Positions 23,444 through 34,926 of a stretch of DNA of 64,000 nt are shown here, piece after piece. Source of the DNA: Pseudogymnoascus verrucosus (Eukaryota); the NCBI GenBank assembly GCA_001662655.1, contig KV460206.1. One strand, given 5' to 3'. Position numbers and translations under genes: made by a program. Under the pieces are notes generated by a model. That model was not told the origin of the DNA and made no database searches. It saw only the letters and a program-made list of their open reading frames with translations. Position 1 is the stretch's first letter, and every line of letters starts with the position of its first letter.

Positions 23444-25423
23444 ATGGGCGCCTTCTCCAACGCCGCTGGGCGCCTCACCGGCCGCTCCAAAAACGAAAAA
23501 GAAGATGAAGCCACCGAACTCCCACCCACGACCAACATCTTCGGTCCTGACAGCACGGCCATCGCCCCTGAGACCCTGCGCGCCCAGGACGCCGCCGAGC
23601 GCGAAGAGCGCGTCCCGCTCGCCCGCCAAGCAACCGCCGTCGAGAAGGAGATGAGCACCTGGACGTGCGTGCGCGCCTTTTGGCCGGCTGTGCTGCAAGC
23701 CATCATCCTCTCCTGCGCGTGTATCATGGAGGGCTTCGATCTAGTCCTCATCACGGGTTTCCTTACCAACCCCGTATTCCGCCGGCGCTACCAGTGTCCG
23801 GATGCGTCCTTAGATGGCAAGGTGTGCGAGATCCCCGCATCGTGGCAGTCGGCGATTGTGATTGGGCCGACGGTTGGGCAGATGGCGGGTGTGCTGCTGA
23901 GTGGCTGGCTCGTGGAGCGGTTTGGGTATAAGAGGACGTTTATGGCGTCGCTGGTGGCGCTGTCGGCGTTTATCTTTATAGTGTTTTTTGCGGGGAGCTT
24001 GACGATGTTCTTGGTGGGATTGTTGCTGTGTGGACTGCCTTGGGGGGTGTTCCAGACGCTCACGACGAATTATGCGTCTGATGTGTGTCCGACGCCGATT
24101 AGGGCGTATGTGACGGCTTGGAGTAATGTGTGCTGGATTATTGGACAGTGTCTTGGTGCGGTTACGCAGAGGGCGTTGGTTAATAATATGACGATGCTGT
24201 CGATTCAGATCCCTCTTGGTCTGCAATGGGTCTTCCCTCTCCCTATCTTCATCTTCTCGCTATGGGCCCAGGAGTCGCCATGGTGGCTTGTTCGCAAGGG
24301 CCGCACCGACGAGGCCCGCAAGGTCCTCACTAAACTTGTGTCCCAGAGTCGCGTGCCAGAGGGTTACAGCATCGATGGTCAGCTCGCCATGATCCAACTT
24401 ACCAATGCCGATGAGCTCCGTGAGACTAATGGCACGGGCACGGGATATCTTGATTGCTTCCGTGGCGTTAATCGCAGACGTACGGAGATCTCGACGTTCA
24501 CGTGGGTCATCCAGAATGCGAGTGGCTCAGCACTCATGCAGTGGTCTCCGTACTTCTTCCAGCGCGCAGGCATGGCGCCGGAGCAAACTTGGAACTTCGT
24601 TATTGTCCAGGTAAGCCCCCAAGTCCCCGAACACACGCACACATACTAACGCTCTCAGTACGCCCTCGGTCTCGTCGGCACAGCAATATCCTGGTGTCTC
24701 CTCGGGCGCTTCGGCCGCCGCACCATCGAGCTCTGGGGCCTCTTTCTCCTCACCTTCGTCCTCACCATCTGCGGCATCATCGCCACCATCGGCCTCAGCG
24801 CCGAGCTGACTGGCTGGCTCTCCGGCTCCCTCCTCCTCCTCTACACCCTCGTCTACGGCTGCACCATCGGCCCCGTCACGTACGCCCTCGTCTCGGAACT
24901 CTCCTCCACGCGCACGAAATCAAAGACCATCAACATCGCACGCATGGGCTACAACGCCTTCGGCGTCTTCAACTGCGTCGTCACGCCCTACCAGCTCAAC
25001 CCCACGGCCCTCAACTGGGGGATGAAGACAGCGTGGTTTTGGGTCGTCTTCTGTGCGCTCTGCTTCGTGTATGCGTTCTTCCGGATCCCGGAGCCGAGGG
25101 GAAGGACGTACGCGGAGATGGATTGGTTGTTCGCGGAGGGCATATCGGCGAGGAAGTTTGCGAGTACGGTTGTCCCCCGATTTGGCGATGAGATGGAGGG
25201 GGAGGAGGGCGCGAGCTCTTCGGTGGAGAGTTATGAGAAGAAAGGGGCAGGGGTTGTGGAGGCTGATGGCGGGGTGATGCCGAGGTCGGGGTCGTTGGGG
25301 TCGAGTAATGCGCCGGCGGTGGCGACGGTGGAGAGTGTAGCGGAGGGTGGTGCGGGGGAACTTAATGGGGAGGGAGAGGGGGGGAAGAAGAAGGGGCGGT
25401 TTTGGTTGTGGGGGAGGAAGTAG
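23444..25423 (+). CDS. MFS sugar porter, maltose/alpha-glucoside permease-like; exons 23444..24610, 24659..25423
   Basis: IMEGFD, ERFGYKRT, LCGLPWGVFQTLTTNYASDVCP, ESPWWLVRKGR, YLDCFRGVNRRRTEI, IGPVTYALVSE, PEPRGRTYAEMDWLF..ARKF are typical of Mal11-like permeases. Confidence 0.92.
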
Positions 25424-26500
25424 GGGGGGGGTATATACTCTATATACTCCACGTGGGAGCTGATCGAAAGAGCGGATGAAAAATGACGGGACGAGGAGTT
25501 TGGGTAGAAGAGGATTCTTGGTTAGATTTTGAAAGTTTTGGTTCTGGTTCTGGTTCTGCGGCGATTTTCTATTACCCACATTCGCTTGGTTTTGGTTTGT
25601 TTGTCTTGGTGCTGTTCATGGTTTTATACCTGAGTCACTCGTTTTTGGTTTTGGTTGCCTTTGATTTTTTTGGGATGAAATGGGGAGTTCGAATGGCAAG
25701 ACAGGAAGGAGTTTGGAAAATGGGGGGCTAGGGTTAAAATCCAATGGACGTAGACAATTATACTCCTCACTCTTTTATAACTAACTGTTCACAAGGTCAC
25801 GCATGCATGTATACACATGATGAGTTTTTTATATCCCCATTTTCTATTTTTTATGTATCTGTATCTGCGTCTGTATCTCCCCCTCCCTCCCTCCCCCATC
25901 CATTTACGAAAATAGTAGTAGTTGCCCATCCGAGTCTGTTTTTGGTATGTAAAATGCAATGCAATGTCCCATGCCCCCATCCACGCCACGCCCATCCCAA
26001 TCCCACATTAACATCCATCCCCCCGTAAAATAAAACGCCAGAGCAATGCAAGGCAATTGTATAGATGCCTCTATCAACAATCTTCTCCAGAGGGCTTTTT
26101 GGTCTCTTCTTCTTATTATTTCTCTCGTGGTGAGAGTGTGAGAGGTTCTGTGTTTGTTGTGTTGTATTCTGTAATTACATCTCATTCCGTTCGTGTCCTC
26201 TCTCTCTCCCTGCTGGGCCAGGGGAGGCTCTCCGCAAAGAAAAAAAAACTCTGAGATGGAAGACGAGACCAGTGCAAATGTGCAGAGTAGCGGAATCAGC
26301 GCGCGCGAATATCGAATCACCGATGTAGCGCGTTCAAGAAACCGTTTTAGTAGCACAAAAAAAAAGGAAACCCCTCAAAAGGCACTCGTCAACCACTGAG
26401 CAACACTCAAAAGGCGGGGTATCCGCAAAAAAAGCCAACGCAGCCACGAAGTAGGGATGTCACTCCTTTCGTGGCGCCGCCGCAAGAAGCAGCAGCAGGC

Positions 26501-27612
26501 TCAGTTGGCAGGCAGATTCTCCATCTTGCCCTTCCCGCCGGCGAGCCACTCAGGCTCAATGAGGCGCTCGCGGTCCTGGTACAGGAACTTGTACGCGGTG
26601 CGGATGGTGCCGTCGCTGACACCTGCCATGTTGCCGATCTCGCGTGCGCTCTTGGGCTTGCCGAGCAGGTGGCTGGCCATGTAGATGCACGCGGCGGCGA
26701 CGGAGAGCGGGGAGCGGCCGGCGAGGTCGCCCATGGTGGATACCTTGTCCGCGAGGCCCTGGGAGACCTTGACGAACTGCTGGCCGTGCAGACCGAGCTG
26801 GGAGCAGAAGCGCAGGACGAGGTCTACGGCGTTCGTAGAGGTCGTCGCTTGGTACGCGTCCGTTTGCGCGAGGGAGCCTTCACACACCACGCGGTTAATA
26901 TGGGAGAATAGATTAGTGTGTATAGCAATAACAACTTACCATTTGTCAGCGCCGCCTTGTTCTCGTCGCTGGCGAAGAACTTTTCCAGCGCCTTGAAGGT
27001 GCGGCCGATATCCTTCTTCGAAACCTTCGTCAGGGCGTAGATCTCGCGGAAGGTACGGGGGACTCCGCTCTGGCGGCAGGCGATGAAGATGCACCCGGCG
27101 ATGAGGGCTTCTTGGGACTTCCCTTTGAATGCTTTCGCATCATCCACCATCTTGAACAGGTGCTTGGCTACATCAGCGCCGGTCTTGGGGATTCCAATAG
27201 CGTCGCAGTGGGCGCCGATCTCCTTGTAGGCTGCCAAGAGGTTCTTGGTGCTCTTGTCATGGGCAGACTTGTTCTGTGCGCGCTGAAGATCGCGGCTACG
27301 ACCAGAACCATCGCCAAATGCAATAGTAGTGGAGAGCTGGGATCCGTTGAGGAGTGGGTTCGCGCCGTCTCCGACACGAGATGGGTCGTCGTTGCCTTGG
27401 TCATCGTTTGCGAAAGTGCGCCACTCGGAACGTGTATCGACAATCCGATCTCCAAGGACGAGGCCGCAGGAGCCACAGACCATGTCGCCAGAGGAAAACT
27501 CTTCGACCAGGTTGGGCGGGAACTCTTTGCACTCCTTGCATATCATCTGCATATTCAGGTTCTCGATATACGGGTCTGTCTCGCCAGGTGCGGTGGCGGT
27601 AGTGGTAGCCAT
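26501..27612 (-). CDS. SUA7: Transcription initiation factor TFIIB; exons 27612..26940, 26877..26501
   Basis: Zn ribbon CKEC...DMVCGSCGLVL, B-reader DTRSEWRTFANDD, and cyclin repeats (ACRQSGVPRTFREI; GRSPLSVAAACIY; GVSDGTIRTAYK). Confidence 0.97.
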
Positions 27613-28504
27613 CTTGGGTTCGTATGCGTTCTTCTTGTGGTATATATTTCTAGTATCACATAAGATCTGTCGCGGGGAAACCTTCTCTTTGGGCAGAGAC
27701 TTCTTCTTCTTGGTGACCAGAAAGCGTGTTTTCAGGTCTTTTGTGGGTGTTGTGCAGAGTCGTTTCGTATGGAACTTGACGAAAAGCGGAGAATGCAGTT
27801 TGGCGGTTTGGTCTGGAGAAAACTCCAGTGCCAACTGACGTAGTTGCTCTTTGAAGTTTCGCGCTGTTGAAAGCGATCTCTACAAGGCTGTCACTTGAGG
27901 TCTACTTGATGTTCACTGAGGTTGAAGTGAAGCCGAGGCTGTGGCGATATTCGCTTCGATCTCAGCAGATCGTCGAAAGAAATCGACGCACAAGGTGAAG
28001 TATGAGATTTGAAGAGTGATAGACTGAACGAATGAGTATCTTGAAGTTGAGAGACTGGCTCCTAAGTCAGGAAAGTTGAAACCGGGCTACGCTGCACACC
28101 TGCGATCGATCTGAACCAGTAAAGGCGTCTCCGAAGTCGAATATCCAACCCCGTAGACTGTAGAAAGATCGGCTGAAGACGGTTTACCTGTCGCTATCAA
28201 GATGGCCAGCAACTTTGTAGGTCCTTCGGCGATGGGTAAGTCGTTCTTCGCGGCGGGTGCTGAAGCAGACGTTGGACGTGGAATGACGCAGAAAAGAATG
28301 AGGCAGGGCTGGTGTGTCGCAGTCACATATACGCACACGCACGCCACGAAGCGGCGCTAAGAGGGATTCGTGCGGCTACTTCTCGCGACCACGTGATCCT
28401 GCCGATATTCGTCTCGGCTAGCGTTTCGACGACTCCCGGAACAGATTTGAAGGTGCTGGAAGCTGTCTGTCAACGGTCAATTGAGCCCCATTCACCTCGT
28501 CACC

Positions 28505-28996
28505 ATGCTCGCACAGTCTATCCGCGCTTCGGTACGCTGCCATTGATCTCTTGCTGATGAACGATTACTGATTTCCCGCCAGCGCTCCTCGTTCGCCCGC
28601 CTCGCGCGGAGCCAGTTCATCTCCAAGCGCACCATCATCACCCCGACTGCTGTCCGTCAAGGTACGACTCCCCTCTCTCGATACTACATCTCCAATTGCG
28701 TGTATATACAGGATTCTAACTATTTCTCCGCAGCCGACCTCGTCCAGGAGATGTACCTGAAGGAGCTCAAGGCCTACAAGCCCGCCGCAGTCAAGGCCTC
28801 CGACGCCGAGGGACACGTCCTCAAGTTCAACCCCCCCCAGACCCCTACCTCCCCCGAGGAGGCCGACATCGCCAAGGAGCTGAAGGCCTACGAGGACTCG
28901 ACTGTTGATATCGAGGGCCAGGCTGAGGCTGGCTCCGAGGCCGCCGTGGAGCAGGATTGGTTCGAGGAGCCTGAGGAGGAGTCTGCCAAGCACTAG
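28505..28996 (+). CDS. ATP14: Mitochondrial ATP synthase subunit h; exons 28505..28531, 28583..28661, 28734..28996
   Basis: Spliced protein MLAQSIRASRSSFARL...TAVRQADLVQEMYLKELKAYKP...DWFEEPEE matches fungal Atp14; two canonical introns. Confidence 0.92.
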
Positions 28997-30689
28997 ATTG
29001 CTCGGTGGCGCTGGTCCTAAAGACGGTTGTGATGGTTTAGAACACTCTAGAGTGGTATGAGAGGCCATATGTATATCAATCCCGGCATAGATCTTGTACT
29101 TGATCGTTACTTTGTGTCTTTACGCGTTTTGGGGGTGATTTGAGGGGTGTGTTTATGCTGCTGTGATGTGAATTGCTGTGAAATTTCAACAATGGTTTGC
29201 CAATCTGCCAGGCTGATCTCTGGGGTGTATTGCATTCTTTCAATCTTCTCCGACTTGAATTATATGCATGTTGTAGGGTATATATGTTGATTTCACAGCT
29301 CTCCCCTGAATATTTATCCTGGCGAGAAACAACACCCATCACATTTGACAGAAATATACTTGTAACTAAAGGGTTTTAAATCAAGGGTCGAGGTGAATAC
29401 AGTACAGTAGAGTATCAAATGATAATAGGTTCTGGCCAGGGACTACATCCGTGCAGCTCCGGTCTTCATATATTCTCGTGTATGGCCTACACATATAAAA
29501 TAAACCTCAATGGCACCAAAAATCACATCACGAAAGGCAGGTATTCCTATTTTGCATAGAGTACGATAAAGCTATCCACCGTATTAATTACCACAGGCGA
29601 AAGGAAGTAAATCTACGTGCCGTACTTCAATATCTCAAAAGTATGCCTCGCCGTCAGCCACCGTGCAGGCTGAGCTTAGAGGCGTGCTCAGAATACTCTA
29701 CGAGTACTGGACTGTTTGCATCCCATATCCATTTAAAACCCGCGGGGCTAATTATTTTTTAGGCGGCAATCGTGGATATATATTGATTGATTGCACCATA
29801 CAAATGCTGCTGGTTGTGCGAAGTATTAATTTTTATTTTTATTTTCCCCTTGGAAGAAATATAAAATAGTACCAACATATGTTACGAACAATAAAGCAGA
29901 AACACATACAAAGACTTCCACACCAATATGAATCACTCTACAGGACAGATAGGACACAAGAAGACATCTCAACATGTAATGCAATCACTAGCATCAACTA
30001 CTAAACAGTCCACGAGACCCTGTCGTCTCCTCACACCCAAAAAACACATCCATGACTTCAAGACCACCCCTCTCCGATCAAACTACAACAATCACACACA
30101 AAAGACAATCACAGCACACCACTGCACGGCACAGCACAATATTCATGACCCAAGCATTCCTGACTAACTACGGTGTGAAGAGAGATACAAAAAATCACAC
30201 CCCCCATCCCCCATCCAACGAGTTCCTCACTGGACAGACAGTCTCCATAGCCAGCCAAGCCACAACTATTCATCATGAAAACCACACTCACTGCTCACCC
30301 ACCCCCACTACCCTCTCTCCAAAAAAACCTCCAAAAAATTGCTTGTGGTATCATCCTCCGAGGCTTAGGACACCAAGCACACAACCCCCATCCCTCGTCT
30401 CCCCAATCCCCATCTCCAAACCAAAACGGGCCGGGTTGCATGCACCGCCTTCGAGCCAACAACAAAATATACGCCATTATCCAAAATGCAAAATAAATGC
30501 AAAGCAAGCAAGCGACGAAGCAAGCGAGGACAAACAAGATAAGACTATGATAAACTCCGCAACCTATGCGTGTCGATACCAAAAAACAACAACAGCCCCA
30601 ATGACGACGATAATGATGATAATGATGTTGATGGAAACCAGGAATAAAAGATATATAGATCCTCCTCCTCGGACCAACTACCAGAGCTT

Positions 30690-33600
30690 TTACATGTCGA
30701 AATGCTCGCCGTTGATCATGCTGCTATCCTCGTGGTTATTCGACCTAACGATACCGCTCATGCCGCTCAGGCGATTCGTCTTCGTGTTGTGATCGTCCCA
30801 CGCCTCGTCCATCTCGTCAATATCGTACTTCGTGCGGTCTTGGAAGTGATCATCGATCGAGTTCTCGTCCACAAAGGTGAAGCCCTTGAAGTTGGCTTGC
30901 ATACCAGGCGACAGCGGGGTCGAGGTCACGATACCGGCAGCCAGGGCTGCGGCACGTGCGTTGAGCGACGAGGCGCCGTTAAGGGCGTTGGTGAATTCGG
31001 GATCGAAGTTCGAGGTGTCCGTCTCTGACTTGAGCTTGGGCTTGAAGGGAGGCGTGATCAGCTTCTTGGTGAGAGCCTCCCAATCAATGTCGGCAAAGAA
31101 TGGGTGCCTCTTGAGCTCCTCAGCGTCGTCGATGGCGCCGAGACGGTGTTTGGGGTTGCGATTCAGAAGGCCCTTAACAAAGTTGCGGCCTTCTGTCGAT
31201 AATGTATCCCTGGGAAAGCGTACTTTCCCGAAGGCAATGTTCTTGTACATTTGTTGGGTATCTTCCGCGTAAAAGGGACTCCAGCCACAGCACATCTCGA
31301 ACACCAGTACACCAAGCGACCAGAAATCGACCATCTTGGTGTATCCGGCCTCATCGAGTAGTACCTCAGGTGCGAGGTACTCGGTGGTCCCGCAAAATGT
31401 GTTCGTTGTATCATTCTTCGTTAAGTTTGCCTTTGATAGGCCAAAATCGCAGAGTGCAATGTGTCCATTGGCATCAAGCAGAATATTCTCTGGCTTGAGA
31501 TCGCGATAGACAATGTCGTGTAGATGCAAGTGCTGAAGCGCAAGAATGAGCTCTGCGATGTAAAATTTGGCACGCTTTTCATCAAAGCGGCCTTCCTTCT
31601 GTAGATGCCAGAAGAGCTCGCCACCCGACATGTAGTCCGTGACGAGATATAAGTCGGTAGGTGTTTGGAAAGAGAATTTGAGGCCGACAATGAAGGGAGA
31701 GTCGGTCATAGCTGTGCGGACCAAGATATTCCTCTCACCAACAGTGTGTGCAACCTCCTTCTTCTGCACAATGACCTTCTTTTGGAGGACCTTCATGGCG
31801 TAAATTCTCTTGGTGTCCTTCTTTCGGACTTGATAGACTTGGCCGAATGTACCCTTTCCGATAAGCTTGAGGATTTGGAAGTCTTCTGGGCCGTAATGTC
31901 TCTTGTCCGTCCGTTCGAAGGAAATTTCAACGTATACTTCGCCGATCGAAAAGTCCTCCTCACCCTTCCTGTCTCGTAGAGGATACCAGCCCTTGACCGG
32001 AGCCGTGTCATACTCCGATAGCTCGGGGTTAAAGTCAACGTGACCCAAGAAATCTTCGGACAAGGAGCCGCGGTCGTAGACGCTGATGCTGACCCTGGAA
32101 TCATCACCAACAACATCACTTTGCAAAGTTAGCCTAATGTTGATAGGAATGGGTCTCGTGGTAAACTTACAAGACAGCTTCCGTATCCCACTTCGGGTTA
32201 GTCATCGATCGACGACTTTTAACCTTGAAGTCTCGGGGTTCCGGGTCGCTGGTGTTGCTGCTTTGGCGGCTCTTCATTGGAATTGCCATTGGCCTGCCAG
32301 AGTCGCTGGGTTGGCGCGAGATTGGGATGCTACCCGGAGGTGGGCTGATCGTCGCGTCTTCGTCGTCATCATCCTCATCCTCGGATCGCGGACCCTTGGA
32401 AACAAGCTCGTTGCGTTGGAACACCGCCACAACATAGGGATCCTTGCTTCGGCGCAGGCCTCTCGCTTCGGCTATCTTCACAGTGAGCTTTCCTCGTGGT
32501 GCCCTCACGGGTGCCCCGCTTATATCGGAGCTGCTCGACTTCGTCTCAGATAATCCCGAGGGTCTCTTGGGAACTAGATCGTGGCCATGGTCACTATTGT
32601 CCGAAGTGGACGTGTTGTTAGAGAGCGCTCGTGTTGGTGTCGCAGGATGGCTCTTTTCATCGCCAATTGTTAGCCTCTTGAGCATATCATATGATAAAGA
32701 ATCAGAAACTGAACCAGAAGCAATACGGGAATGAACTGGGGTATCTGGTGCAGTCGAAGTAGGAGTTGGCTCTTTTGGAGTCGAGATATGGGAAGCAAGG
32801 ACGTTCGAAGGAGTCAAAATGTTGGATAACGTCTTCAACATTGAAGAAGCACCAAATTTGGGAAGTATGGATTCTGATATGGTCTTGTGATGTGGCAACG
32901 AAATCTGGGATGTAGGAGATGCAATCTCCGGACTCGCAGCTTCCCCATCTTCAGCAGTCGAATCGTTGGATTTCAACTTTCGAACGGAAGGTGGTTTGGA
33001 AACCGGTGGGGTTGGGTATGGATGTGGATTTTGTGACGCGCCATCTGCTACTGACGAAGCTCGGCGTTCTGTTTTCTCGTGTGGCAAGAGGCAAGGGGAA
33101 TCCTCACTATCGCCACTTGAGTTCTCGCGACTAGAACTTCCTGTTGCTGACAGATTCTCCTCAAGCTCCGTCGTCGTCTCCCGCACATGGAGCACCGGCG
33201 GGTTCTCCGCCTCGGTCCCAACAGCAGGAGTCTCAAGTGGAACAGAAATTGGATTTTCAGAAGAACCAGAATTGAGACCAACCTGAAAATAACTGTGCAT
33301 AATCCCAGGCAACCGCTTATCGGACGGATCAGGTTTCGGTGTCGCGACTCCCGAGCGAGGAGTGTCGGAGTCAATGTGATCGTTCGCGTCATCTTCGCCA
33401 GATTTACTAAAAAACATAGTCTTGTCAGCTTGGTCGTCCAGGTATATTCGAGGCAGTTCGCCGTTTTCTGAGGGCGGCGACGGATACATGGTGTCGACGA
33501 CGAAGTAAAGAGCGGGGTTTTGAGGCAGCAGTGTAGTATCGAGGACCCGGCCCGAATGATCACAAAACTTCTTGTCTCATTCTTCTCAGAGCAGGGCGGT

Positions 33601-33968
33601 GCTGGAACAGACGGAGTTGCATCAGCTGTGATAAGCTTTGATCCAACCGGGATATGTTCGCCCCGAGGCAAGTACAGTGCTGCAGCAAAGATACATCAAC
33701 CGCGGGGTATCCCGAAGTAACGTTCCAGGGAAGGTGCGATTATGAAACTGAAGCATGGGAAAAACAATTTTAGGAGCCGCATAGGTCGTCTTTATATTTG
33801 GGAAGTCGCGACTCCCCCAAAGGCGCCAGCAGTGCCAACGGAGCAAACAAAAGCCACACAAACGTGTCTGGGGGGATAGGATTTGCCGTACCTTGACATC
33901 ATGGCCTGTGTTGCTTTCCTCAACATGTCTTGGGCGCCACCGCCCGAAGCTGTCTCAGTTCCCGTCAT
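30690..33968 (-). CDS. SCH9: AGC Ser/Thr kinase Sch9 with C2 domain; exons 33968..33892, 33406..32171 (optional in-frame intron 33282..32653), 32118..30690
   Basis: Kinase motifs LIGKGTFGQV, YRDLKPEN, DFG, TNTFCGTTEYLAPE; hydrophobic motif FKGFTF; C2 domain GKLTVKIAEARGL..DPYVV. The first exon is inferred from an in-frame splice (GTACGG donor at 33891; GCTGAC branch and TTTTTTAG acceptor at 33407). Confidence 0.95.
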
Positions 33969-34770
33969 ATTGTGAGTGTATACAGGTATCTGGGATCCCA
34001 GCTGGTCGCAATGTGCATGAAAACGGTACTGAATTGATTGTTGTGGTTTGTGGTTGTGGGTATAGGCGGCAATCGTTTAAGTGGCGTTCAAGGTGGCAGA
34101 TTCGTAGATTCGTGGGTAGATTTCGTGAGCAGGTTCGACAGTACTGCAAGGGAGCGTGTGTGAAGCTTTTGAGACCAGAAGCAAATGGATCTCTCGTAGA
34201 TATGGGGGAAGAGCAGCAGTCAATATGCAAATGACGATGAGCGGGATCGTAGTAGTGGCAGACAGCGCGTAGGCGGGGTCGATTTTCGCTAGGTCGGTCT
34301 GGCGGGGGGGGGGCGTTGTCAAAAATATAGGGCGGCCGGTTTATATTCGAGAACCAGTCTGATATTGTTTTTGGGGTATATAGAGTAGAGGAGGAAGAGA
34401 GGAGAGAGTAAAGATAGAAGGCATAAGGGGAAGGAGTTGGATTTTCATGGAATGAACCATCAAAGAGCGCGATTATTTGGGATTATGGGGGAAGAGGTGG
34501 GTTTTTTGGGATTTTGACTTTCGCTACGGGAGTAACTCGTGTAGGGAAGGGAGGAGGGAGGAGTACTAATAGTACTAATAGTACTGATAGTACTAATAAG
34601 TACGAATAGTGTGGTATAGTGGACGGTAGTAGACGGTGTACCATGTAGTCGTAGTAGTAGGAGTTAGCCGTGTAGGTAAGTCGATTAGTCCCAGTAGTTC
34701 TAGTAGTCCAGGTAATAGTCCAGTAGCAATCTAGTCCTCTTAGTGTTATTATGGGCTCCACAACACGCAC

Positions 34771-34926
34771 CACACAAAACCACACAAACCACACAAACCA
34801 CACACCAACACACCACACAAGCCTTGACAAACGAACAACGATGGAGACGGGACCAACGCGGTCTACGGTCTATCTACGGTCCACGGCCTAGAGTGGTAGA
34901 GTGGTAGAGTGGTAGAGTGGTAGAGT
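34771..34926. repeat. Short tandem repeats upstream of SCH9: (AACCACACA)-like units and (TAGAGTGG) x ~4.75
   Basis: Directly visible at 34771..34819 and 34889..34926. Confidence 0.85.

Noticed and set aside
22550..26400. MAL-type cluster around the maltose-permease-like gene
   Set aside because: No alpha-glucosidase or Zn2Cys6 regulator next to it; the neighbours are the CM1 gene and TFIIB.
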